This document shows, piece after piece, positions 1-12,146 of a DNA stretch of 64,000 nucleotides. Each line of letters begins with the position of its first letter. Position 1 is the stretch's first letter. Below the pieces are notes generated by a model, which was given only the letters and a program-made list of their open reading frames with translations, did not search any database and had not been told where the DNA came from. This DNA comes from Zootoca vivipara (taxonomy: Eukaryota), in NCBI RefSeq assembly GCF_963506605.1, contig NC_083288.1, positions 37,696,001-37,760,000 on the forward strand. The letters are read 5' to 3'. The position numbers and the translations under genes were made by a program.

Positions 1-360
1 CCGCGGGGGCCACCTGGAGGCGGCCACCCCCCTCGCCGCTCCCGCCTGCAGCCCCGGCGCCTCCCCTCAGGGCAGCAGCGACTGCGGACCCCGGTACAGG
101 CAAGGAAGGGGGATCCCGGCGAACAAGCGAGATGGGGCAGCGGCTGAAGAGCGTTTCCATTGCAGGAGACAGATCAGGGGAAAGGGATCTCTCGTGCTCT
201 CCACGGAAGGAAACACGTGCTGGAAACAAAGCAGGATGGATAATTGGGGAGGGGCGGAGAGGGGAATCACATACTCACCCCGGATGGAGATGCGCCCCAA
301 GTGCTCGTATCCGGATATACTAGTACAGTACTGTAGTCGTCAGCCGCCTTTCTGATTCGA
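1..360 (-). promoter_or_regulatory. CpG-island edge with a candidate first (non-coding) exon of a minus-strand gene that runs off the left end
   Basis: Very GC/CpG-rich over 1-330. A minus-strand GG|GTGAGT donor is present (plus-strand actcac at 273-278). No recognisable protein. Confidence 0.35.
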
Positions 361-803
361 TTGCTCAGCTTTGCAAAGCAGGAATTAAACTCTCCTTTCC
401 CTCGCCCTCTCCGATTTTCCCACGCTTTGGGCAGCAGGAGGAGAGTTTAAACTTTAAAGAAATTGGGGGGGGGAGGAATCCTGAAGCACCTCTCCAAATC
501 TTCTAGATTCTGCTCTTTTATCAGAGCCCTCCAAGTGCCGTGCTCTGCCTCGCACCTCTTCAGCTTACGATTCCCCGTACTTAACGAATCCCTTCGTAGC
601 ACCCAACTCCTTCCCTCCCTTTTATTTACTTACATCCTGATACTTCTCACCCTTACAACAACCCTGTAAGGTAGCAAAAGCAACAGAGACTCTTGTGGCA
701 CGTTAAAGACGAAGGGAGGTCGCAATAGTCCTGTCCTCTGTTGTTTTTGCTAAACAAACAAACCACTTCCGTAACAGTATGTAGCCATGAGGAGGAGCAA
801 CTG

Positions 804-878
804 GCTCATAGCAAATGGATCAGTGGTTCAGCACCTGCTTTGCATGCAAAAGGTCCCGTGTTCAGTCCCCTGCATCTC
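804..878 (+). mobile_element. Degenerate tRNA(Ala)-derived SINE head
   Basis: cagtggttcagcacctgctttgcatgcaaaaggtcccgtgttcagtcccctgcatctc resembles tRNA-Ala(TGC), but the acceptor stem and A/B boxes are decayed. Confidence 0.45.
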
Positions 879-920
879 ATAGTATGGAAATAAATATATA
901 TTCCCCCACTTCAGTAAGTC

Positions 921-1230
921 AGAGATATCGGATTCTTATCTCATTATACATGATAAGCGATCTTCAGCCATCTCAACCCTTGCTTTTTCATGCAAACCCA
1001 TTTGCAGTCGTTTGCAGTCATCAACAGCTATCAGTCAGTCAATCACCCATTTCCACCACCCTTCTGAGTGATGCCCCCTCCCCATCCCCACCCCTCCCCA
1101 TCCCTTCTCTACATAAGTGCCTGGAAACTTCCATTTCACTGTATCTGAAGAAGTGTGCATGCACAGGAAAGCTCATACCAAAATAAAAACTTAGTTGGTC
1201 TTTAAGGTGCTACTGAAGGAATTTTTTTTA
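921..1230 (+). mobile_element. Penelope-like retroelement 3' fragment (ORF end plus pLTR with hammerhead motif)
   Basis: Encodes RDIGFLSHYT* (921-953), like a Penelope ORF terminus. Later comes gtatCTGAAGAagtgtgcatgcacagGAAAgctcatac...ggtctttaaggtgctac, which is shared with the copies at 6.2 kb and 25 kb. Confidence 0.7.
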
Positions 1231-1784
1231 TCAGGCTGTAATGTACACTTCAGTGTACATTCCCAATCCGCGCATGATGAGATAAACCACATCATTTTTA
1301 GACATGGAGCAGAATTAATGGCTGTGACTCTACAGACCATATTGGGATTTTATATTGTGATATGTTTCATATTTTTTGTTGGTAATTTTTCATCTGTGTA
1401 TTATGATTTTGTATGGCTAGGGACATTTTGTCCTGCCTTGTTGTGTGACAGTTAAAGCACATCTGAAAGAGGAATCCTTGAAGAACCAGCCACAACATGC
1501 CTTGCAGGCATCCAAGTGAATAGAGATCCTATCTCTTTGTTAGCAAAGGCTGCCCTTCTTTATCGCACTGGATTCTGCTTTCAGGGATGCTGCTGAGAAA
1601 GGAACCTCATTGCCACCAGGTCAATGGCAAAATGGCCTCTTTCCCTCTCGTCCCCCCCCCTTATTGCCATTTCTACAACAGGACCTACTCTTTCTCTGGC
1701 AAGCAGCACAGAATTAATTATGGGGCCTGTTCCTACAGCAGAGGTTTTCAACCTTTTTGAGTCCACGGCTCCCTTGACCAACTA

Positions 1785-2007
1785 CAGTCGTACCTTGGAA
1801 AGTTGATAGGATCCATTCCGGAAGTCCGTTTGACTTCCAAAACGTTCGGAAACCAAAGTGTGGCTCCTGCAGCCAATCAGAAGCCGCGGAAGCCCCGTGT
1901 TCAGGTTCCAAAGAACATTTGCAAACCGGAACACTCACTTCCGGTTTGCGGCGTTCAGGAGCCAAAATGTCCGAGTACCAAGGCGTTCGAGATCCAAGGT
2001 ACGACTG
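1785..2007. mobile_element. Tc1/mariner (Tigger/pogo-like) MITE
   Basis: TIRs cagtcgtaccttgga...tccaaggtacgactg, flanked by TA. Confidence 0.8.
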
Positions 2008-3197
2008 TACATTCTTTCTGCAGCACCCAAGGAGCCCAGTTGTGTCACCCTTTGCCTGCAGAGCCGGCAGCCCCTCACCCCATTTCAAACACGCCCCCTT
2101 GTTGCGTCAGCTTCCTCTCCTCTCCCTCACCTTGTGAGTCCTCCAGGCAGCTGCTATTGGCACCCCTGGTCTCCGAGCTGCCCCCCCTACCCCAAAGAGA
2201 GGTGCCTCCTCACACAGCCCCACAAGGGCATAGGACGCAACCCCTGGCCAGTCCCAGAGGCACCATTTGCCTGGGAAGCTTGCAGCCAGGGCTGCTGCAA
2301 CTGTGCAAGTCTTTGGGAGGCTGAGACGCAAGAGGGCTTCAGAGGAAGGGAGGAAAGAGGGACAGAGGCCAGCGTTGCCCACGGCACCCCTGACCATCAT
2401 TCAAGGCACCCCAGGGTGCCACAGCACACTGGTTGAAAACCACTGTGCTACAGATATCAGGAAATAGGAATGCAATACACAATGTTCCTTTTTAGAGGGT
2501 GCTGACATGAGTGAGGGACTCCCTGAAACAGTATATTTAGGAGCCAGGCTTAGAACTCTCTGGTGGGGAAAGAGAATGGACCATTTTGGAAGAGACATCT
2601 GAAGCATGCCAGGGAGCAGGATGTGAAAGGCTACATTGAAGAAAGGACTGCAGGTGTTTGGGGAAGTATGATTATGGGGTACTGGATGTTTTCAAGAAGA
2701 GCCATGGGGACTATGAATTGAAAAGGGAGGTTAGATGTGGGGAACGATGTGGGCATGATTTGGGCACAGATATAGAAACAATTTGTTTTAGGCATTTGTG
2801 TCTGTACAAAAGTAAAGAAGCAATGTAATTAAAAAAGAAAAGAAAATATCAATGGTAGTGCTTTTTTATTTGTGCAACACACACACAAGTCTTGGGGCAC
2901 CTTAAAACCTACTAACACAACTATTATGGCAATACATTTACTAGTCTTTGAAGTTCCACAAGACTCGTTTTTCTGCAGCCGACTAAACTAATAGATACTT
3001 CTCTGGAAATTATTACAAACATAAGTTCTTGTACCGAAGTGTCTTAGCCACTCTAAAAATATATAAGCTCAGAATTTAGAAAATTATAACATGCAATGTG
3101 TTTACCACACATTACTTAAACTGAGAGAACTCTGGTTTTGTATTCGCAAACCCTAAAGGATTAGATTCCCCAGGGGAGGTTGGGTCAGGCTGAAGTA

Positions 3198-3378
3198 CTG
3201 TATATTCCTGCGTATAAGACTACTTTTTAATCCAGGAAAATCTTCTCAAAAGTCGGGGGTCGTCTTATACGCCCGGTCGTATTTCTTATACGGTGAGTAT
3301 ATCCCAAACTCTATATTTTAACTGGAAAGGTTGGGGTCGTCTTATACGCCCAGTCGTCTTATACGCCGGAATATACGG
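3198..3378. mobile_element. Tc1/mariner-type MITE
   Basis: TIRs c(t/c)gtatattcc(t/g)gcgtataagac, TA on both sides, and internal gtcgtcttatacgcc repeats. Confidence 0.75.
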
Positions 3379-4814
3379 TAGTAAATAAAGCACATGCTCT
3401 GGAGATGAATGGCCCCAGCTTCAGCTGTTGGCTTCTGCAGGTAGGACTGGAAAACACTCCTGCCCCAAACTCCAGAGCGCACTTGTCAGGCCTGAGCTTC
3501 TGAGTGTTTTGGACAACTCTTACATGCTTTCTGGGCTGATGGGAGTTGTAGTCCAAAGCATGGACTACAGAGGGCACCAAATGGAGGGCTGCTCTAGAAT
3601 GTTCTGCCCCAAGCAGCCAGTATGGCCAATGGTAGGGAATGCCAGGAGTTGTGGTCCAAAATACAGTATCTGGAACACCCGAGGTTAAGGAAGGCTGGCA
3701 ATAGCAAACTAGGCTGACCAAAAAAAGCGGTGAAAGCCCTAAGGGTGGGGGAAATAACTTGCAAGTATGTAGAGGGAAACAAATTTGCATCCAATAATAT
3801 ACTGTATTAAACCACCATCAGCAATCAGGATTGTGCAACACGCCAAACCGAGTAAGGGAGGCTGGTGTGAGCGAATAAGATTGGGAACAACTGATGAAAC
3901 GCAGACTAAAATGGCGACTGGGGAACGGCTCCCCTTTGTTAAGGGAGGGCGGTTATACTAGTCTGCCTGGAAGGAAGGGCACAGACAAAATGAATCATGT
4001 CGAAGAAACGGTTTCTTAAAAAATAAATAAAAAATCCCGCGTCCTGATGTGATTGGCCATCAGGATCTCTCGGATTCTCTTCCGAATGATCACAGCGCGG
4101 GGAGTTTAATATTCAATAAATCTTCACGTAAAATGGGAGACGCTGCTGAGAGCCAGCCACCGTCCGCTATCACTCTTCCGTATGTGTTTACCGCGGTCGC
4201 TGCTTTTGTGAGATAAGGTTAATTTAAAAAACCCACTTTACCCGCTCCTCCCCTTAAGCAAAACGAATTGCTAGTTTTAGAAACACACAGGAGACCATAG
4301 GTGCCGGCTCCCTGGGTGTCCAAGCACCCACAAAATTCCCCATGAAGGGACCCAGACACAGATTTCAGGGTCAGGGCAATGCACGCAGCATGACATCCAC
4401 GGCCCCAGGCACCCGCGGTCGCGGGGCCAAGCTAGAACTCCTGCAGCAGGAGACTCATTTCAAATGGAAAGTTTCTGTTTCAGGATCGCTCCCCCGCAAA
4501 AATCCCGGCGCCACCGGCCTGTTCGGGGCTGGAGCTTCGTTGCCATGTTAGCAGGCTTGTATGTCAGACACGTGGGAGAATTAAGCCACGTAGTTTCTTG
4601 GAGTTTCCAGGCCGAAGACGAGAAGGTAGGCTCCTCTATCTCTAGGCTGCAATCCTTACCTGACTGTAAACCCCACTGAACACATGCGGTGCAACTGAGC
4701 TGTTAAGAAGCACACTTGAGGCTGCATTCGCCCCATTCATTGAGCTGAGCTCCACTTTTGGAATCTAAGCCCGCAATAACCAAGCACGAATAAGTCTTCC
4801 CCCTGGCTCGAGCT

Positions 4815-5342
<528 letters not shown>

Positions 5343-5392
5343 GGGGGTTTCTACGTTCCTGGAAACTTTAAAACAAAACAAAAAAACCCAAA

Positions 5393-5433
5393 GGCCCTTT
5401 TCAGGGCCACCCACTTTTCCTTAAAAAGTGCTG
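5393..5433 (+). promoter_or_regulatory. Histone 3' stem-loop plus histone downstream element
   Basis: GGCCCT TTTC AGGGCC ACCCA (5393-5413), then AAAAAGTGCTG. Confidence 0.95.
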
Positions 5434-5892
5434 AACCACAATCTTGATACATTGATACACCTAGTATTGATACATTGCATGTGGACATAATCTCTAGTTA
5501 CTTTGTTACCTTCATTATCGTTTCACAGGTAAATGAAAATGATTTGATAAAAGCGAGTCGAGCGAGTGTTGCAGCGGACCTCTGATTGACTTCCTTTGTT
5601 AAGAGTAACATTAAACAGCTATAAAAATCCTTAGGTTTAACCCTACCACTTTGTTTGCTACCTGCGAGTGACTTGTGCCATTGTACTTGCAATTCCACCC
5701 TCGAGCGCCTTCTGAGAGTGAAAGCGGTCGCCATTTTCTTTCAGGAAAATAATTGGTGCTTCTGCGCTTGGGGAACATAGCCTCCCCCCCCCCTCTGTCG
5801 TGGTTTTTTCTGGTTCTTCCTAAGCACTCTCTTCCATCTTCAGCTGTGCTTAAACCTACTTTTACGTAGATAAAAGAACGTGAGATGTGAAT

Positions 5893-5982
5893 CATAGCTG
5901 CCAAGTTTTCCCTTTTCTCGCGAGGAAGCCTATTCAGCATAAGGGAATTTCCCTTAAAAAAAGGGAGAACTTGGCAGCTATG
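5893..5982 (+). mobile_element. 90-bp hAT-type MITE, copy 1
   Basis: TIR CATAGCTGCCAAGTT; 8-bp TSD atgtgaat. Confidence 0.9.
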
Positions 5983-6181
5983 ATGTGAATGCTGCGCTGG
6001 CTTCCGCCATGCTGACCCGAGAACAAAGAAAAGCAGATCGAGGTGGAAGGGCGTGGTTTAATTCCCCGCCACAACTACTCGGCGGCGCGGGAAAGTCAAA
6101 ATCTCGCATGAGTTAAAATAATGGGGTTTCTGCAATGAGTGTAAACTGCCACATGATGGCAGCAGAAATTGCAAGAAGCTT

Positions 6182-6360
6182 AATAAAAAAAAAATCCTTC
6201 AGTAGCACCTTAAAGACCAACTAAGTTTTTATTTTGGTATGAGCTTTCGTGTGCATGCACACTTCTTCAGCTCATACCAAAATAAAAACTTAGTTGATCT
6301 TTAAGGTGCTGAAGGGATTTTTTTATTTTGCTTCGACTCAGACCAACATGGCTACCTACC
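6182..6360. mobile_element. Penelope-like insert with inverted pLTR fragments
   Basis: About 48-bp inverted arms (6196-6245 and 6269-6315) around a hammerhead core. 12-bp TSD tgcaagaagctt (6170-6181, 6361-6372). Confidence 0.75.
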
Positions 6361-7176
6361 TGCAAGAAGCTTGTTTGCTTTCAAACAAACAAACACCCAC
6401 CCAGAAAGAACCCAGCCACCACCAAGAACGAAAAGGGCTAAATGATGTTATGTAAGAAAACTACTAGCTGATCTTATGTTCTTAAAACTGGAACACAGAC
6501 GGCTTGATGTGTTTTTTGATTAACAACCATTAATATATTCTTGCCGGGCTGTGTGTTGGTGATCCCAAATTCATGAAACACCCTTTTTTTAAAAAAACCA
6601 AAAAAAACAAAAAAACCAAACCCAAACAAACTAGATATTGTGTGTTCTTTTGAAAGTTGTAGTTTGTTGGATGTCTTATGTCATGGTCCCTTTGTTATAA
6701 AGGTTCTTAACATTTCAGGTATATTATATATTTGTGTTGTGTGTGTGGTGTCCACTGTGGAGCCATGCTGACCCAGAAAAGCTGATCCTGAGAATTGGGG
6801 AATATTCCAGAGTAATTTGGGATATGGCAAAGAGGGACCGCAGAGGAATGGAGGGAGTCAGCAAAAATTGGGTGCCCTGCCACGCTTGACCGAGAAGTTT
6901 CCACTTGCCCAGGGGGATATAATTCATCAGCTACATATTAATTTCTCTTTCCTCACAAGAGCCTAGTGAGATAAACAAGCTCCAGTGCACAGCCAAGTAA
7001 ATGGCTTCTTGGGTGTTTTTTTTTTAAAGATAGCCTTGCATTATCTTAAAGACTTTTCACATGACCTATTGCTCTCCTACCCTCCTATCCCTAGAATGAC
7101 ATCCCTAGAATAGCCCTGCTACCCCCTCCTTCTGGAGGTATCACTTGCTAGTTGTTTCTATGGCAACAGAGCTGTA

Positions 7177-8118
7177 CAGTGGTACCTTGGTTCTCAAACT
7201 TAATCTGTTCCAAAACCAAGCCGCGCTTTCCCATAGAAAGTAATGCAAAACAGCTCAATCCATTCCAGACTTTTAAAAACAACCCCTAAAACAGCAATTT
7301 AACATGAATTTTACTATCTAATGAGACTATTGATCCATAAAATGAAAGCAATAATCAATGTGTTGTTGTTGTTTAGTCGTTTAGTCGTGTCCGACTCTTC
7401 GTGACCCCATGGACCATAGCACGCCAGGCACTCCTGTCTTGCACTGCCTCTTACATTCCAGGTTAACTTTTATATGCCTGTTGTCTTTGTCCATGGAGTT
7501 TTCTTGGCAGGGATACTGGAGTGGCTTGCCAGTTCCTTCTCCAGGTGGATCACGTTTAGTCAAAACTCTCCACTATGACCTGTCCATCTTGGGTGGCCCT
7601 GCATGGCATAGCTCATAGCTTCTCTGAGTTATTCAAGCCCCTTCGCCACGACAAGGCATTGATCCATGAAGGGGCAATAATCAATGTACTGCACTATAAA
7701 ATAAATAAGACAGTATTGTAGATGATGAATTTTTTTTTTAAAATCTTACCTGCACTTATGTTTGGATTTTTTATCCATTTCCACAGTCACACAATCAATC
7801 AGTAGCTGAACTGGGTTCCACACAGTCACAAAAACAAATTAACTGAAAAAGCCTCAAAAACAAAAACTCAAAATAAATAGCAAAAACAAAAGTGCCAAAC
7901 CTGATCCATTCTGGAAGTATGTTTGATTTCCAAAATGTTCGAAAACCAAGGTGCAGCTTCTAATTCGTGAAAGCGCCCTGGAAGCAATAGCTGATAACTG
8001 CATCGGACGTTCACCTTCTGACTAACATTCCAAAACCCGGAACACTTACTTCTGGGTTTTCGGCATTTGGGAACCAAGCATTTGAGTACTAAGGTGTTTG
8101 AGAACTAAGGTACCACTG
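7177..8118. mobile_element. Tigger/pogo-like non-autonomous DNA transposon, interrupted by a BovB derivative
   Basis: TIR cagtggtaccttggttctcaaac, TA TSD. An uninterrupted relative is at 33432-34020. Confidence 0.8.
7362..7673 (-). mobile_element. Internally deleted (bipartite) BovB/RTE element
   Basis: BovB-like 5' region joined directly to the BovB 3' end and (CAA)n tail. 14-bp TSD gcaataatcaatgt (7348-7361, 7674-7687). Confidence 0.8.
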
Positions 8119-8792
8119 TACTTGATTAAGCGGTGCTTAAAAGGTTAAAAGGACTAGCCTGATTGCCTTCTGCTACAGAATCCCACACCACAAATACAAA
8201 ACTGCATGCTTGGAGGGGACTCAAAGATACCATCCCAAATTGTTATATGGAATATTTAGGTATCTTGGTGCAATTATACCAAAGGAAGGTGTTTAGGGAA
8301 TCTCCATAAAAAGACCACAGATGAGCTCTGCTCTTGGAACCATTTAAATTTAAGTTGGTTAGGCCGAATTGCAGCAGTGAAGATGTGAATGCTTCCTAAA
8401 TGTCTACTTTTCCTTCTGAAACTGCCCATACCTTGTCCTCAATTGGATTGATGGCAACATCTGATTATTAATATTTTTATTTCAGGAGGTAAAAGAAGCA
8501 GGGTGAACTGTGTAGCCCTGTATCGACCGAGAACTAAGGGAGTTCTTGGTGCCCCACATCTTAAGCTGCATTATGAGGTTTTGCAAATAAAATTGTTGAC
8601 ACATGTGATTAATAACTCATCTTTAAATCTATCAGTCAAAATGGAATCCTCACAACCCTCTTTTCATGCCTTATCTTTCCTAAAAACATCATGGGCATTA
8701 GCAAAATAGGTAATCTGCTTCTACAGCAGAACTTATGAATACGGTGTGAATGGCAGTTGCACTTAGCTCATTTGCCATCACCTTTAACTCCT

Positions 8793-9919
8793 TTTTTTTT
8801 TTTGAATTTCACTTTATTTTATTGCGGTTCTTATGATTTTACAAAATGCTCCAAAATATCCCAAAATATAACAAAGTAAACAAATATAATAAATATAACA
8901 AAGTAAACAAAATAAACAGAATAGCAGGATAGTCCACAAAATAATATACAGCCATTGATAAATGAGAATGAAAAAGAACTAATCCAAATACTGCCACTTT
9001 ATCTCAACCTAATCTTCCCCCCCCACCCTATCCCTCCTCCCTTACTAGTCTCTCCCCCCCCCTCCTAACTTCCCTAACCCATGCACGATCTCTTTTGATC
9101 TGGCATATACCGCAAGTTTTCTGTTGCATTATATGTGTTATAATTAATACAGTTTCCCTTTCTATTTTACATTTTTCTCCTTGCGAGCATTACTCATTTC
9201 TGTTCACACTTATTTAATTTTCTTTTCCATATTTTGCCATATACACTTCTACAACTTTCCATTCTTCCTTCAGTTTTTGAATAGAGCGCCCCCCCCTTCT
9301 TATTGCTGTTAATTTTGCCATGCCATGTACTCATACAGCTTAGATCTCCATTCCGATATTTCTGGTAGTAATCCTGTTTTCCAATGACTTGCCACCAATA
9401 TCCTTGCTGCTGCTGCTGTTCCGTAAAGAAATATATTCTTTTTTCTCCCTTGGGAATGTCCTCTGTTACCAACCCCAGCAAATAGGCTTCTGGTTTTTTA
9501 TGAATTGTTCTTTTAAAGATTTTTTTGAATTCTTCGTGAATTTTAATCCACAATTGTTTAATTATCTTACATCCCCACCACATGTGGTATAGGGTGCCTA
9601 CCTCCTCTTTACACCTCCAACATAAATTTGAATATTTTTAAATTAATCTTCACTAATTTCACAGGCGCAGTGTACCAGCGGTATCCCATCTTCATAATGT
9701 TCTCCTTAATTGCGTAGCAAGCTGTGAAATTAATATCTTGGCTCCATAGCTTTCCCCACCTTTCTAAATAGATTGTTTTGCCCAAATCCTGTGACCACTT
9801 AATTGTTATTTCTTTTATTACGTCTTCCTTCAATTCCCATTCCAATAATAATTTGTAAAGTCTTGATATGGTCTTTTTATTTGGCTGTGACAGTTCATTT
9901 TGCCACTTCGAGGTTCCTT
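8793..9919 (-). mobile_element. 5'-truncated L1/Tx1-clade LINE
   Basis: Frameshifted ORF2 C-terminus (YRWYTAPVKL; HMWWGC zinc-knuckle region), poly(A) tail, and 13-bp TSD acctttaactcct. Confidence 0.8.
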
Positions 9920-10894
9920 ACCTTTAACTCCTATTTTGGATCACCTGGCCTTTGCTTTGATGATAAGCATCGCCAGTATAGAATGTGGCTCATTCATCCC
10001 ATGGACTGACACTGGTTTGGGAGAGCGACTGAGGTATTTGGATAGAGGAACATGACTGGGAAATGTTGCTGTCCAGAGTCCCATTAAAAACCATGTCTGC
10101 AAATATACAAGAAGCCACTCTAAAACGGCTACTGATGGCATTGGACTCCACTCTGTTTATTTAAAATCAGAAAAGGAGAGGCTGCGATTCTATTGGAACA
10201 CTACTTCATATGTGCAGGGGGGGGGCAAGCCATGGTCGTTCAGGGGCGGGGCCAAGGCATGGGGTGGGAGGGGCCACAAAGTGGGAATGTGGGCGGGACT
10301 ACAGGGCCAGCGGGCCCGACGACATCGTGGCAGCGGCGGCGGCGGCCACCTTGTGCTTCTGGCAGCATCGGCGGCTACCCTGCTTGGCTGGAGAGGAGGA
10401 GAGGGTCGGGCAGGCGAGAGGGGGTGGCAGGGCGAGCGAGGGCGAGGCAAGGCATAATATTTCATCCATGTCATGGGTTCAAGCCCTACCTTAGAAAAAA
10501 ATTCCTGCATTGCAGGGGGTTGGACTAGATGACCCTCCTGGTCTCTTCCGGCCTGATTCTATTGATATATTACCATAGTATATGCATCATTCTGCTTTCT
10601 TGAATTTTCCTACTCCTAGGCATAGCAGCCAACTCTTAGGGGCCTAGGGGCCTCCCCCCCCGATTACTGGTAAATGTTGATGGGCTTTCTATGTGGGGCC
10701 TATCTGCCCCCCCCCCGGTATTTTATTAAGGATGGAAGAGGGAGGGAAGGAAGGAAGAAATAGAGAGAGGGATAACTCATATTTGTGGGTGCCTCTGGGT
10801 GACGCTGTGATGCTGGAACTCTGCAGCAAGAGGAAGATACCTGTACGCCTGTATAGGAGCCTTGTAAGCAGCTTTCTCTCTGCTTGATTCACAG

Positions 10895-11230
10895 CAGGCA
10901 CATCCAACAGGTAGATTGTGATCTACCAGTAGATCACTGGATGTCTGTGGTAGATCACTGCTAGATCACTGGCACCCCTAAAAAAAGCTCACCCAAAATT
11001 TTCCTACTCCCTAAAAAAAGCTGAACTATGACCTGAAGCCCTAAACAAAAATGGGCCTCCCTCCCTCCTAAAAGAAGCTCAACAAGTTTGACCTAAACCC
11101 CAAAAAACAGGGCTTCCCTTCCTTAAAAAAACTCAACAGCTTTGACCTGAACCCCCCAAAAGGGGGTAGATCACTCCCAGTTTTTAACTCTGTGAGTAGA
11201 TCAGAGTCTCTTGGGAGGTGGCCACCCCTG
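10895..11230. mobile_element. hAT-type non-autonomous element
   Basis: cagg...cccctg ends, repeated gtagatcac motifs, and an imperfect 8-bp TSD (attcacag/atttgcag). A partial relative is near 30500-30626. Confidence 0.55.
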
Positions 11231-12101
11231 ATTTGCAGTATACAGATGCAGGAGGAGGGGCAGACTGGAACACCACTGCTTTTTATAAACATCACTGTGT
11301 CTATCAAAAGCTACAGCCCCCCCTTTCTTATTCACTTCCTTTTAGCCTTGCAGAGCCACGTTAGTCAAATTGAATCCTCTACACCCTCATTAAATTGCCA
11401 ATAGAACTCTTAATGTGATCCCTGAATGCTCATTAACAACTCCCACTGAAGAACAATAGGGTGAAGTGGTGAGCTATCACATCTTGCCTGGGGATATCTG
11501 CTCCATTGTCTTAACTGCTTAACTACTGGTAGCCACTTTGCTTTATTTATTTGATGTGTTTTTGTTACAGCTGTGTTCCCCCCCCCCAACAAGCGGAGAC
11601 TGAGCTGCTCTTGCTAAAGCAAAGCCCTTTCCACTTCAGTTTTTGGAGGGGGAAAGTGCTGGTTATGGTCTGTAAAATAAATTAATTTTTTGCTTCTGGG
11701 GGGCAGCTGCCCCCTCCTGCCCCCTGCCTATGCCCATGCATATGTGGTGGAATCGCTTCATCTGGCACTGATGGCTTCACGCAAGTAATTGTGGGAACTG
11801 TGGTTCACCCTCATAGGGCTACAGCTCCAAACGCTCTAAACAAACTACAGTTCCCAGATTCTTTGCAGGGAGCCACGTGCATTATTTTTTTTGCATGTGT
11901 GCAGCCTAAAACCCCCCCCCCACAAACTGAGCAGCTCAGGATACTTGGATCTGGCATCAGAACGTGTTGCGTCCACACTCCTGGCAAAATCAAGCCCTAG
12001 TCCACTTATTGGCAGAAATCATAGCAAACAGCAGATGATACCTAGTGCTCCACTGAAAACTGATGGAGAACATGTACAAGAATCGATCACCAGTACAGTC
12101 C

Positions 12102-12102
<1 letters not shown>

Positions 12103-12146
<44 letters not shown>

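Noticed and set aside
804-878. Functional tRNA-Ala gene (also 53910-53977)
   Set aside because: The stems and promoter boxes are degenerate and there is no terminator in place. This fits a SINE head.
5893-5982. 90-bp palindromic repeat as a CRISPR-like array or RNA gene
   Set aside because: The copies are dispersed in a eukaryotic genome, each has its own 8-bp TSD, and there are no spacers or Pol III boxes.
7560-7673. HDV-like ribozyme at the BovB 5' end
   Set aside because: Such ribozymes are known in some RTE elements, but I could not build the nested double pseudoknot by eye.
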